This document shows, one piece after another, positions 13,993 to 23,595 of a DNA stretch of 64,000 bases. Where the stretch lies: assembly GCA_946413265.1 (NCBI GenBank), contig CAMKJU010000007.1, forward strand, positions 296 through 64,295, in the 5' to 3' direction. Within the stretch, counting starts at the first letter, position 1. The number at the start of each line of letters is the position of its first letter. A program made the translations under genes and the position numbers. Source of the stretch: an uncultured Lentisphaerota bacterium (lineage in GTDB: Bacteria > Verrucomicrobiota > Kiritimatiellia > RFP12 > UBA1067). The notes below the pieces were generated by a model. That model ran no database searches. It was not told the origin of the DNA and was given only the letters and a program-made list of their open reading frames with translations.

Positions 13993-14459
13993 TCAAGGTG
14001 TCGTATTTCTTTCACAGGCGTTGAACATCTGCCAGAGGTTGTTCGCGAGCTGCATGAGCAGGTAGAAGTTCCTGCTGCACCGCCAGTGGTTGCAGAACAC
14101 GTGCTCAAGCCCGTAGTCGTTGTTCTTCTCGACGTCGAAGCTCGACTCAACGTTCCACCTGCGCCGCCCCCATTCCACGACCTCCGACGCCACCTCCGGG
14201 CAGCCGACGTCGTAGTTCGTGGCGAACATCCCGCGGCATGTCCCCCCTTCGTCTCCTCGCAGGCGACGACGTTGAACTCCTCGCCTTCGGACTGGGTCGT
14301 GAACTTCACTCCGCCCGTCCACGCCACGACGCCGGTCTCGGTCTTCCGCTGGTTCTCGCCCCTCGCGACGAGAGGCCCGCAGCAGCCCTTCGAGACCTCC
14401 ATCGAGTCGCACGCCATCTCGTACGCGTCCGGGGAGCGTCCCTCCTTCGGGGAAGTCAA
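13993..14459 (-). pseudogene. IS4/IS701-type DDE transposase remnant (C-terminal fragment, frameshifted)
   Basis: ...EVVEWGRRRWNVESSFDVEKNNDYGLEHVFCNHWRCSRNFYLLMQLANNLWQMF is a typical DDE_Tnp C-terminus. The upstream part continues in another frame (track ORFs 13993..14412 and 13986..14459). No N-terminal half and no inverted repeats were seen. Confidence 0.6.
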
Positions 14460-14481
14460 GGGGAAATGTGAAATAAGTCAG

Positions 14482-14519
14482 AAAAAAATATCGGGCGGCC
14501 CCCGCAGGATGGCCGCCCG
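14482..14519 (-). terminator. rho-independent terminator-like hairpin
   Basis: CGGGCGGCC-n10-GGCCGCCCG followed on the minus strand by TATTTTTTTC. No convincing minus-strand gene lies upstream of it, so its role is unclear. Confidence 0.3.
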
Positions 14520-14885
14520 AACCGCTCCAGGAACCGTCGCGCCAGCAAAACTTCAGCGCGAAAATCTAATCATTTGGAATCCTTGGGGAGTCGGAATGGT
14601 GTGTCATGTCAGAAATCACCTGCTTTTACGTGGGGCACATCTCCTCAACGCCGAGCCTTCTGATGATTGGAAACAACTATTTGAAACAACTTGCCTTTGG
14701 CGCGCGGGCTAACTCGCCCGCGCCCATTTGCCGATCCTCAAACTACCACAATTCTGAATGTTCAAGGTGCGCCCGCAGGATAATGTTGTTCTTGAAAGTT
14801 GTCATGGTTGCTTCCAAATACGTATGGGTAAAAACGCATGCGCCCTTTTGCGTGGGATATCGTGCTTGATGCAATTAATGGATTA

Positions 14886-14894
14886 TGGTACAAT
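14886..14894 (+). promoter_or_regulatory. extended -10 promoter candidate (TGGTACAAT)
   Basis: About 30 nt upstream of the ECF sigma gene ATG at 14924. Confidence 0.35.
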
Positions 14895-14923
14895 CTTGGC
14901 GCAATGCGAAAAAACAATAAAAA

Positions 14924-15355
14924 ATGCCAAGGGTCTCGACTCTTCATGCATCTGACATGTTGATGGATGACGACAGCAAGATTCTGGAAGAGCTACGGGA
15001 ACGCCCCGGCACGGGGGCGAAACTGCTCGTCGATGCATACGGACGCCGCCTTTACGCAGCGGCGATGCGTCTATGCCGCAACGAGTCCGATGCGGAGGAT
15101 CTCGTCGCGCGCACGCTCGCGCGCGCAATCCAAAGCATCGGTTCGTTCAAGGGCGAATCGGCGTTCTTCACCTGGTTGTGCTCGATCCTGGCAAACTTCT
15201 TCAAAATGGACCTGCGCAGGAAAGGCGCCAATTCCCTTGGGTTTCCCGACGAGCTGCCGGAGGTGGCTGACGAAAGGCCCTCTCCGGAAAAGAACGTATC
15301 GCGAAGGGCGGCTACGAAGTTCTTGGCGAAGGCGTGTACGGCGGATGGTATTTGA
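14924..15355 (+). CDS. ECF-type sigma factor, region 2 only (no recognisable region 4)
   Basis: DAEDLVARTLARAIQSIGSFKGESAFFTWLCSILANFFKMDLRRK is an ECF sigma-2 signature. The ORF stops at 143 aa without a region-4 HTH in any frame. Confidence 0.6.
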   Translation: MPRVSTLHASDMLMDDDSKILEELRERPGTGAKLLVDAYGRRLYAAAMRLCRNESDAEDLVARTLARAIQSIGSFKGESAFFTWLCSILANFFKMDLRRKGANSLGFPDELPEVADERPSPEKNVSRRAATKFLAKACTADGI

Positions 15356-15406
15356 CACAGGCAGAAACAATTTCAAGTCAATCAGTCAAAGAAAAGTGAG
15401 GCAGTC

Positions 15407-16753
15407 ATGAAGAAAATGCTCAAGATCGTCAAGTGGACCGCAATTACGGTCGTCGCAGCCTTTGTCGTGGCGGCGGCATACGTCGGATTGAATTCCTTTG
15501 ACTGCGAACCGCCGGACATATCGAGGTTCGTCAACCCGATGGAGGTGCCGACCGACGCGGACAACGTGTACTGCGCCTTGGACTCCGCGGCAAACGTGGT
15601 CAGCGAAAAAACCGGCAAGCTCGTACTTGATGGCATATTCGAGAACTACAAGGAGGCTTTTGAGAGGTTTTGTCAGCATAAGATCAACAAATCCAATAAG
15701 GGCATGACGACGGAGGAAAGGGATTTGATTCTTTCCGAGGCAACAAAGCCGCTTGCTCTATTCCACGAGGCGGCGCAGCGCAAGACATGGTATGCCTTTG
15801 ACCATGCTACCGGGAAGCGTCTGTTTTTCCCCGCCATCACCAGACTCTTTCAACTGTGCAGGCTTGCAGAGCTTGAGGCCATGCGCCATCTGGAGCGCGG
15901 AGAGACGAAGGCGGCGACAGGCGTTGTCCGCGACATGCTTTTGCTTGCGCGCAAGATGGAGAACGACTCGGAGTCCGCCGTCAGGTGGCTGGTGGCGAAT
16001 GGCTGTCTTTTGCGGTATGCAGACAACATTGCCATGAAGCTCGTGCAATCGGGCAAGGCGACCGACGAGGACCTTGTCCGCCTTCAGGACGCCCTGCGAC
16101 AGTTCGAGCTGCCAAACAGGCACGAACGTGCGCAGAGGATGCTGAACAACGATTTTACGGTGTGCTTCGGGCAGATGATGGAACAGGTTGACACTTCGGA
16201 GATCTCGACTTTCCTGAAGAACAGAGACAACTCGACCGCACTGGATGCATGGGTGGCGCGGATTGTACCGCTGATCAGGCCCTACGCCTTTCATCGCAAT
16301 CGCTCATGGACGACATACGCCAACCTACTTGACAAAATGAAGGAACGTTTCCGTCTCGGCTATGACAAGGCGGAGTGGGAAAAACTTGAAGAAGAGGCGC
16401 GCGTTGCGTGCGGCGCTACAACCGGCTGGCGCTTTGGCCCGAACTTTGTCGGCAAGAAGATGATAGAGGTGACTATGCCGGAGTGGCAAGGCATTGCCAT
16501 TTCCATCGCGAAAAGCAGCTTCCAGCACACAGCCGCGGAAACGGCCATTGCGGCGGCTCGGTTCAAGCGTAAGACCGGCGCATATCCTAAAACTCTGGCG
16601 GAACTTGTGCCTGAGTTCCTGCCGGCCGTGCCGGAAGACCCCTTCGCGTACGGCAAGGAACTAAAGTACGACGCGACGCGCGGCGTCATCTGGACGACCG
16701 ACAAGGACTCCAAGAAGAACCGCAACTACGAGTTCAACATCAACGGCCGCTGA
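15407..16753 (+). CDS. membrane-anchored hypothetical protein (possible ECF-associated partner)
   Basis: GAGG RBS and an N-terminal TM helix (IVKWTAITVVAAFVVAAAYVGL). It directly follows the ECF gene. No family recognised. Confidence 0.6.
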   Translation: MKKMLKIVKWTAITVVAAFVVAAAYVGLNSFDCEPPDISRFVNPMEVPTDADNVYCALDSAANVVSEKTGKLVLDGIFENYKEAFERFCQHKINKSNKGMTTEERDLILSEATKPLALFHEAAQRKTWYAFDHATGKRLFFPAITRLFQLCRLAELEAMRHLERGETKAATGVVRDMLLLARKMENDSESAVRWLVANGCLLRYADNIAMKLVQSGKATDEDLVRLQDALRQFELPNRHERAQRMLNNDFTVCFGQMMEQVDTSEISTFLKNRDNSTALDAWVARIVPLIRPYAFHRNRSWTTYANLLDKMKERFRLGYDKAEWEKLEEEARVACGATTGWRFGPNFVGKKMIEVTMPEWQGIAISIAKSSFQHTAAETAIAAARFKRKTGAYPKTLAELVPEFLPAVPEDPFAYGKELKYDATRGVIWTTDKDSKKNRNYEFNINGR

Positions 16754-16766
16754 CAGGTGGTTTGGC

Positions 16767-18749
16767 TCACTCGTGCGGGCCGTATTCAATCGGGAACCAG
16801 GTTCTGTAGTAGTTGTCGCGGTGCCAGGTGTTGCCGGCTGAGGCGTAGTCGCAGAAAAACACGGTCGCGGGATTGCTCGCTTCAGGATTCTCGTGGTGTG
16901 AGCCAATCGGGAGCGTCGCGGAAAACGCCATCCAGATGTCGTCCGAGGGCGTGCGCACCGCCGCGAACGTCGGCATCGGCTGGCCGTCCTTGATCCCGCG
17001 CCTGAACGGCTCCGTCAGGTCGCCGTCCGCAAAGCGGCTGTCGCGGGCGAGCAGGACCGGACCCCGCGTGAATGCCACGTGGTGATTGAGCGTATGCGCG
17101 ACAACCGGCATGTCAAACTTGATCTCCACGATGTCGCCGAGCTTCCAAGCCCTCCTGACCGTGAAATACGAACCGGCCGAGACCCCTTCAAGCGCCTTGC
17201 CGTTCACCTTCACCTCCGTTTTTGCGCTCCATCCCGGAATGCGCAACCTGAGCGGGGCTTCGCCCACGCCCTCCGTGTGGCTCACGATCCGCGCGGCGTT
17301 CGAGCGGGGATAGAGCGAGTACATGTCGAACGCAACCTTGCGTCCGTCCGGCAGTTCGCCGCTCACAAGCGCCGACGAATAGAAGTTGAATGTCGCAACA
17401 CCGTCGCGCACCGCAAACAGCTTCTTGAGGAAACAGAGGAATCCGCGCGGACCGTTCGCCGTGCAGCAGTCGGTGTGCATGTAGCAATGATGCTGCCCAT
17501 GGTAGCGGTTGCCGGAGAGAGGTGTGTATCCCGCGAACTCGGCGCCGTCGGCTTTCATGGCCCCAAGATAGGCGTTGTAGAACGTCTTTTCAATCTCGTC
17601 CGCCCACTTCGGGTCGTCGGTCGTGTCCAGCAACTTCTCACAGAAGCGCATCCATGTGGTGGTGACGCACGTCTCCTGCAGCCTGAGGTACGGCAGATGC
17701 TGCTTGCGCGCCCCGTGGAACCACGCTTCGGAACAGGCGCATCCTCCCGCAAGGTTTATCTCCTCCTTCACGATGTCCTCAGCCGTCATAACAACGGCCT
17801 TGAAAATGTCCTCCACCGGCGGCACCGAGTAGTGGGCATTTCCACATTTACCCGATTTTACAATTTCACAGTACTCCAACAGCCCCTGGTAGCAGCTCAT
17901 CATCTCGTATGACTTCCAGCGGTTGTGCTTCATCACATACCCGCCATGCGCGTCAGGCTTGTTTCCGTATCCATTGCGGTCGGCAACCGATATGCCCTTG
18001 AGTGCCAAGTCGATCAGACGCGGACCGGATTCCGGTTCGGTCATTCCCTTGACGATGTAGGCGGCGAAGTCGAGATATTTCTGTTCCCCGCAGCGCTTGT
18101 ACAGCCAGACGACAGGCTCAAGAATCGACGAGCTCGCGTAGCCCGACCAGTTGCCCGTCTGCCAGAGTTCGCGCCCACGCCTGCCATTCGGCCCGATCTC
18201 CGCAATCACGTAATCGCACAGCCTCTTTGCCGCCTCAAGCGCCCTTTTTCCCCGTTCCCCATTCCCCGTTCCCCGTTCCCCATCATAGTAATGCAGCAGC
18301 CCCATCATCGTGTACTTCATGCCCCAGACATCCCACCCCTCGCCGCAGCGCAGTTCGTCTGGGTAGTTGCCGATATAGCCGTTCGGCTCCTGCGAGGCGA
18401 GCATCCTCTCCACGCCCCGCTCTATACTGGCATGGAGATCTTCCCCTCCTTTATACTTTCCATTCTCCAAATACCGCTGGTACGGAACGGCCGAATGCAT
18501 CCACTTGCCCCAGAATTCCGTCTGCCACCACCCCCGGCGCTCGGTCTTCTCCATGAACGGCGCGGTGATGTAATCGACATCCTGGGCGGCGGCGTGGTTC
18601 GCGATCATCGCATCCAGCCGTTCGCCGAGATATCCCTTGAGACGCACGTTCCCCATGTTGTCAAGGGAGTCTCCCGCCGCGAACACGCCACCCGCCATGA
18701 ACACGGCGGTCAGCGCACATACAAAACTTGGATCTATCGTTTTTTTCAT
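16767..18749 (-). CDS. glycoside hydrolase family 127-like (DUF1680, beta-L-arabinofuranosidase family)
   Basis: Signal peptide, EFWGKWMHSAV, QEPNGYIGNY, and a Cys cluster HTDCCTANGPRG resembling the GH127 Zn/Cys site. Confidence 0.6.
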   Translation of the reverse strand: MKKTIDPSFVCALTAVFMAGGVFAAGDSLDNMGNVRLKGYLGERLDAMIANHAAAQDVDYITAPFMEKTERRGWWQTEFWGKWMHSAVPYQRYLENGKYKGGEDLHASIERGVERMLASQEPNGYIGNYPDELRCGEGWDVWGMKYTMMGLLHYYDGERGTGNGERGKRALEAAKRLCDYVIAEIGPNGRRGRELWQTGNWSGYASSSILEPVVWLYKRCGEQKYLDFAAYIVKGMTEPESGPRLIDLALKGISVADRNGYGNKPDAHGGYVMKHNRWKSYEMMSCYQGLLEYCEIVKSGKCGNAHYSVPPVEDIFKAVVMTAEDIVKEEINLAGGCACSEAWFHGARKQHLPYLRLQETCVTTTWMRFCEKLLDTTDDPKWADEIEKTFYNAYLGAMKADGAEFAGYTPLSGNRYHGQHHCYMHTDCCTANGPRGFLCFLKKLFAVRDGVATFNFYSSALVSGELPDGRKVAFDMYSLYPRSNAARIVSHTEGVGEAPLRLRIPGWSAKTEVKVNGKALEGVSAGSYFTVRRAWKLGDIVEIKFDMPVVAHTLNHHVAFTRGPVLLARDSRFADGDLTEPFRRGIKDGQPMPTFAAVRTPSDDIWMAFSATLPIGSHHENPEASNPATVFFCDYASAGNTWHRDNYYRTWFPIEYGPHE

Positions 18750-18791
18750 TTTGCCACCTGGATGTTCTTCTGCACGGCACCCGCGACGACT

Positions 18792-20399
18792 CTATTTTAC
18801 AGAGGATGGGGGTTGGTGGTGGATGTATTTCTCCATGCCGTACGGGAAGTCGGTGAGGCGGTAGTTGCCCACGGTATCCCAGTGCAGCGCGAAGGACTTG
18901 TAGAAATAGAGGTATATCCACGGACAGTCCTCGCGCACGATCTCCTGCGCGCGCGCCCACGCCTCGCGACGGGCCTCCGGCGTTTCGGCGGACATCGCCT
19001 CGTCGTAACATTTGTCAAATTCCGGGTTGCGGTAGTTGCAGTGGTTCGCGCCCGGCGAGCAGTTCCGGGAATGGAAGAGCTGGAGAAATGTCTCGGCGTC
19101 GGGATAGTCTCCCACCCAACCGAACATGAACAGCGTGACATGCCCGTCCGACACCGCCTTGAGGTACGCGGCCCATGTCATGAACTGCGGTTCCAGACGT
19201 ATCCCGATGCGGTCGTAGAATCCCTGCAGAAGTTCCACCTCCTCGCGCGCGCCCTGGTCCGCACGGCCGAGCGATATCGGAAGGACAAGCCGCTTGCCAG
19301 TCTTGGGATCGATGCCGCCAGGGAAACCAGCCTCCGCAAGCAGCGTCTTCGCCTTCTCGACATTGAACGAATACTTGAACGGCGTCTCGATGCGACCGTC
19401 CACGCCAAACGGCAGCGGGCCGTCGGCCGGCTCCACGCGGTCGTTCAGGAATCTTTTCCACGCGGGCGCGTCGAAAGCGCAGTTCAGCGCCTGACGCAGT
19501 TTCTTGTTTTTGCCGAGAAGCGGTTTGTCCATGTTGATGCCCACGTACATGACCTGCATGATTGGGGCGGAAAGGAGCCGCACGCCCTGCGCGGCCAGAC
19601 CTGGCGCAAGCTTGCCGTGCTTGTCCACCACCGCGTCCCAGTTGTTGCGGTCAATGCCGCCCAGGGCATCCAGCTCGTGGCCGAGGAACATCAGCCACTG
19701 CGTGGATGGATCGGACACGACGAGGTACTCCAGCCTGTCGTACGGCGCGGGATTCCCGACCTCCGCCCAGCCGCGCCATCCCGTCTCGCGCGTGAACACC
19801 ATGCGGTGGTTGCGCCACCATTCCACCAGGCGGTACGGACCCGACCCGACAGGGTGCTGGCCGAACTTCGCGCCGTACGTCTCCAGCGCCTCGTGCGGAA
19901 CAATGCCGGTAAAGGACATCGCCATCAGCCACGGGAATACGTGAAACGGCTTCGTCAATGTAATAGCCACAGTCCGGTCGTCGGAGGCCTTCACGTCCGC
20001 CACGTAGTCCATGGTCCACATGCCGCTGGACGCATTCGACTTGTCGCGGAGGCGGTTGAGAGAGAACACCACGTCGTGTGCGTCCATGAGGCGTCCCTTG
20101 CCGCCGGGGAAGCAGGGATCGTCTTGGAAGCGGATGCCTTCCCGCATGCGAAACGTGTAGACTATGCGGTCCTTGCTGATCGTCGGCAGCTCGCACGCGC
20201 ACGGAATCAATTTGTACGGGCGCGCAACGTAGTCAATGCCCAGCGGCGGCTCGTACACAAGCTGGATCATGCGGGAGTCCGGCACGGACGACGAATGGAT
20301 CGGGTCCATAGATGCGATGCGCTCGATCGGACGCCTGTATGTGACCGCCGACACCGCGATGGGAAGAAACAAAAGGAGAATGGTTGACAGAGTTTTCAT
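18792..20399 (-). CDS. ABC transporter substrate-binding protein, family 5 (peptide/oligosaccharide type)
   Basis: Signal peptide MKTLSTILLLFLPIAVSA. SBP_bac_5-like N-terminal region ...VYTFRMREGIRFQDD...HDVVFSLNRL. Confidence 0.7.
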   Translation of the reverse strand: MKTLSTILLLFLPIAVSAVTYRRPIERIASMDPIHSSSVPDSRMIQLVYEPPLGIDYVARPYKLIPCACELPTISKDRIVYTFRMREGIRFQDDPCFPGGKGRLMDAHDVVFSLNRLRDKSNASSGMWTMDYVADVKASDDRTVAITLTKPFHVFPWLMAMSFTGIVPHEALETYGAKFGQHPVGSGPYRLVEWWRNHRMVFTRETGWRGWAEVGNPAPYDRLEYLVVSDPSTQWLMFLGHELDALGGIDRNNWDAVVDKHGKLAPGLAAQGVRLLSAPIMQVMYVGINMDKPLLGKNKKLRQALNCAFDAPAWKRFLNDRVEPADGPLPFGVDGRIETPFKYSFNVEKAKTLLAEAGFPGGIDPKTGKRLVLPISLGRADQGAREEVELLQGFYDRIGIRLEPQFMTWAAYLKAVSDGHVTLFMFGWVGDYPDAETFLQLFHSRNCSPGANHCNYRNPEFDKCYDEAMSAETPEARREAWARAQEIVREDCPWIYLYFYKSFALHWDTVGNYRLTDFPYGMEKYIHHQPPSSVK

Positions 20400-20475
20400 G
20401 TAGAGCATATTGATTCCGAACAATTCACAGGCGTTTGCCCAAAAGCGTATTCATTGCCACTAATGCAAATTGTCC

Positions 20476-21408
20476 CTACAGTACCTTGAGGAATTCGACG
20501 AGCGACTTCCGGTCCTCAGGCGGAAGCGCCTCGCCGCCGGGCATTAGGGGCACGACGGCGTTTAGGTCCTTGATCTTGCCTTCCGTGAGATACGCCGTGC
20601 GCAATCTGAGTCCGCGCAGTGCGGACACCTTCCGTCCGCGCGAGACCTTCCGCGCGCCGAGTACGGGACCGTCGTGGCAGTCCATACAACTAGCCGCGAG
20701 GAACACCTCGCTCCCGCGCCGCTGTTCGGGGTTGAGACTGTCCGTATGGCCCGCGCACCAGAAATCGTACGGCGTACCCTCCGTGACGAGCGTCTTGAGA
20801 TACTCCACGACGGCGTCCACCACGTTCGTGCCGACGAGGCCGTCGTCCCCGTACTCCGACCGAAAGCGCGCGGCGAGTGCGGCGTCCCCGGACAGACGCG
20901 CGGCAACGCCCGCGAGCGGACCACCCCAGCTGAAGTGCGGCTCCTCGATCATCTTGCCTACAACAGCGTGCAGGTTCGAGAGACTTCCATCGTGGAGGTA
21001 CGCCGTGGCGAACGCGGCATTGTACACTGGACGCGTCAGTATGTCATGGTGGATTCTGGAATCGGTGCCGCCTGCTCCCAGATGATGACAGGCCCCGCAA
21101 ACGAGTCCCTGCGACACGCGTGAAGCGGTGAGCCGCCGGTCGTTGAAGAGTTTCTGCCCGATCTTGGCGCGCCCCATGTGGTGGGCGAGGCCCGGCGGTA
21201 GCGGCACGAAAAGACGCGTTCCCGGCACGTCGATTCCAAACTGTGCGTAGAGTGCCGCACGCGCGGCGACTGCCTCCGCCTCAAGTCTGGCCGCCTCCGC
21301 GGCGGCAGCCTCACGCTGCGCGCGCCTGTGCAACGCGAAGATCCCTGCCACAACAAGGACTAGTGCCGCGCACGCGCCGACTATCGACCACTTAACCCGC
21401 CGCGTCAT
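20476..21408 (-). CDS. di-haem cytochrome c peroxidase family protein
   Basis: Two CxxCH motifs (CGACHH, CMDCHD), an N-terminal TM helix, and CCP/MauG-like length and layout. Confidence 0.65.
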   Translation of the reverse strand: MTRRVKWSIVGACAALVLVVAGIFALHRRAQREAAAAEAARLEAEAVAARAALYAQFGIDVPGTRLFVPLPPGLAHHMGRAKIGQKLFNDRRLTASRVSQGLVCGACHHLGAGGTDSRIHHDILTRPVYNAAFATAYLHDGSLSNLHAVVGKMIEEPHFSWGGPLAGVAARLSGDAALAARFRSEYGDDGLVGTNVVDAVVEYLKTLVTEGTPYDFWCAGHTDSLNPEQRRGSEVFLAASCMDCHDGPVLGARKVSRGRKVSALRGLRLRTAYLTEGKIKDLNAVVPLMPGGEALPPEDRKSLVEFLKVL

Positions 21409-22589
21409 CTCGGACTCCCCTTTTCTGATGCTAAAGGCACCGACACGCCGTCCACATTCTCCATGTCCGGAAACTCAGGACACCACACGCGGGCCGTGGC
21501 GAAGAGCGAACGGAACATTGCCCTGTATTCCTTCAAGTAGCGTTCGCGGCGCAGCTGGTCAATGGCTGTCTTGCGGTCGCTCCGTATCTTGGCCTTGCCT
21601 CCGCGCGCCGACTCCTTGGCCGCGCGTTCCCGTAGTTCGGCCATGCGAGTCTCGATTTCCTGCGTCGTGACGTTGAGCTTGTCGCCCCTGTCGCGCTCCA
21701 GGAACTTGTCGATGCGGATAGCGGAGCGGACATCGTCCCACTTAAGCCCTTCCGGCAGCACACCTTCCTTGAAGAACTGCGCCACGGTCAGGCCATGGGG
21801 CTTCAGCGCAGCGGCCATCTGCGACATTCTCGACTTCTCGTCGTCTGACGTCACGGCGAAGCCGCGCCGGTCGGCCTCGGCGCGCATGACGGCCTTGACG
21901 ATCCAGACCTGCATCTCGCGTCGGCGGAGGGCGCGTTCGTCCGGTTGCGCCCTGCCCATCCGGCGCAAGTCGTCACGCGCGTTCTGTACGCGCAGGTCAA
22001 GCTCCGCTGCAGTAACAACCTGCCCTGCGGCAACGGCGGCAACACGCGAAGGACGCCATCCCCACATCCCGGCGTAGAGGGGCGTTCCCGTGTCGATGCG
22101 CTCCAGCTCAGGGAACTCGGGACAGTGCACTTGCGCCTTATCGCGCAGCGAGTGGTAGAAATCTGGGAAGGAGACCGTGCGCAGGCCTTCCTTCACAAGG
22201 GCGTTGATGAGCAGCCCCTCCTTGAGGTCCTGCCGGCGCGCCTGCTCCGGGATCGGCCCTTCCTTGAAGAAGCGTTCCGCCGTCATCCCGTGGGCGGCAA
22301 ACCATGACGCAAGGATGTCGGTTGTCGCACGCTCGTCCTCCTCCGCCACCGACACGCCGCGCTGCACGGCCTCGCCGAGCAGCACCTCCTTGGCAATCCA
22401 CGTCCGCGCCGTCTCGCGCAGGTCGCCGCCGAGCGCCTTGGCGCGCAGGTCGAGCTCGCTGGCCGTGAGGGAAACTCCGTTCACGGTCGCGACGACGCGC
22501 CAGGGCCTGCGCATCCACAGCCACGCACCCCCGACAACCAGCGCGGCGAGGACGATTAGCACCACTACCCTTACAAGCGCCTTGCGCAT
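21405..22589 (-). CDS. SurA N-terminal-domain-like periplasmic chaperone (two repeated modules)
   Basis: Start at MRKALVRVVVLIVLAAL (TM/signal). Repeated modules VNGVSLTASELDLRAK... and AGQVVTAAELDLRVQN.... The start overlaps the DJ-1 stop (TGATG). Confidence 0.5.
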   Translation of the reverse strand: MRKALVRVVVLIVLAALVVGGAWLWMRRPWRVVATVNGVSLTASELDLRAKALGGDLRETARTWIAKEVLLGEAVQRGVSVAEEDERATTDILASWFAAHGMTAERFFKEGPIPEQARRQDLKEGLLINALVKEGLRTVSFPDFYHSLRDKAQVHCPEFPELERIDTGTPLYAGMWGWRPSRVAAVAAGQVVTAAELDLRVQNARDDLRRMGRAQPDERALRRREMQVWIVKAVMRAEADRRGFAVTSDDEKSRMSQMAAALKPHGLTVAQFFKEGVLPEGLKWDDVRSAIRIDKFLERDRGDKLNVTTQEIETRMAELRERAAKESARGGKAKIRSDRKTAIDQLRRERYLKEYRAMFRSLFATARVWCPEFPDMENVDGVSVPLASEKGSPR

Positions 22590-23140
22590 CACGAGAACTC
22601 TGTGATCATTCCGTTGGCAATACCGTAGGCAGTCCGCTCGTCCGTCAGGTGGGCGAGCACGACGAGCGCAAAGAGCATCGCCGCGCCAGGTCCCTGTCCG
22701 GTGATGATCTGTCCGTCCGCGATCACCGGCACCGACTCGACAGGCCGGCCCATCTGCGGCGAACAGGAGGGATAGCACGTAACCGACTCGTCCTCAATCA
22801 CCTCCGCCTTTTCCAGCACCGTGGGCGCCGCGCAGATGGCGCACACGAGCCCGCCCTCCGCCTTTTGGCGACGCAGCCGCTCCAACAGCGGTTCGCATTC
22901 TGAAAGATTCTGCGTGCCTTCTCCGCCGCCAGGTAGTATAATAGCGTCGTATTCGTCTTCTAGCACGTCGGGGAGACGCGCGTCGGCCTCCATCTGGATG
23001 CCGTGTGCGGAACGGACGGCCTTGCCGTCCGACAGCGATGCCGTGACTACGTTGACGCCTCCGCGACGGAGGACGTCGACTATGGATACAGCCTCGATGT
23101 CCTCGAAGCCGTCCGCAAGTGGAACGAGTGCCTTTTTCAT
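22589..23140 (-). CDS. DJ-1/PfpI (ThiJ) family protein
   Basis: MKKALVPLADGFEDIEAVSIVDVLRRGG...AIILPGG...VCAICAAP, with the nucleophile-elbow Cys. Confidence 0.8.
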   Translation of the reverse strand: MKKALVPLADGFEDIEAVSIVDVLRRGGVNVVTASLSDGKAVRSAHGIQMEADARLPDVLEDEYDAIILPGGGEGTQNLSECEPLLERLRRQKAEGGLVCAICAAPTVLEKAEVIEDESVTCYPSCSPQMGRPVESVPVIADGQIITGQGPGAAMLFALVVLAHLTDERTAYGIANGMITEFS

Positions 23141-23149
23141 GGTGGAAAG

Positions 23150-23158
23150 AGTATAGCA
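23150..23158 (-). promoter_or_regulatory. extended -10 (TGCTATACT) 9 nt before the DJ-1 ATG (near-leaderless)
   Basis: Minus strand TTTTGCTATACTctttccaccATG. Confidence 0.4.
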
Positions 23159-23160
23159 AA

Positions 23161-23559
23161 ATGATGACCCCAGAGACAATAGCAAAAATCAAGTCGTTGA
23201 TGGCAGAGGCCTCCGTGTTCGAGGAGGACCTCGAGGAGACGTTCATCCTCGGAGGCGGTCCTGGCGGGCAGAAGACGAACAAGACGTCCAGCGTCGTGCG
23301 CCTCTTCCACCCGCCAAGCGGACTCCAGGTGCGCTGCGGCGAAAACCGTTCGCGCGAGATCAACCGCTGGCTCGCGCGCCGCACCCTCGCCGAGCGCATC
23401 CTCGCGCGCGAGCAGGGACGCAAGTCCGCCGAACAGCAGGCCCGCGAAAAGAAGCGGCGGCAGAAGCGCCGTCGCTCCCGCCGCCAGAAACAGCGAATGC
23501 TCGAGGAAAAGCACGCCCACTCCGAGATCAAGGCGAACCGCAAGCCCGTAGACTGGTAA
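23161..23559 (+). CDS. RF-1-domain (GGQ) peptidyl-tRNA hydrolase, ArfB-like
   Basis: GGGPGGQKTNKTSSVV GGQ motif and a basic C-terminal tail KKRRQKRRRSRRQKQ. Confidence 0.7.
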   Translation: MMTPETIAKIKSLMAEASVFEEDLEETFILGGGPGGQKTNKTSSVVRLFHPPSGLQVRCGENRSREINRWLARRTLAERILAREQGRKSAEQQAREKKRRQKRRRSRRQKQRMLEEKHAHSEIKANRKPVDW

Positions 23560-23595
23560 CCTGCGGTCCGCGACACGGCGTGGGGCAAGCACTCC

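Noticed and set aside
14904-14963. A 19-codon upstream ORF (MRKNNKKCQGSRLFMHLTC) between the ECF promoter and the ECF start.
   Set aside because: It is too short, has no RBS, and overlaps the better-supported ECF start region. It is noted only as a possible leader peptide.
12869-15355. That the sigma-4 miniprotein (12869-13048) and the region-2-only ECF gene (14924-15355) are two halves of one sigma gene split by the IS.
   Set aside because: The miniprotein's HTH (ISRERVRQIEKKALEKVR) is of the RpoD/group-3 type, not the ECF type. The two are on opposite strands and each has its own RBS or promoter. No junction sequences support an inversion.
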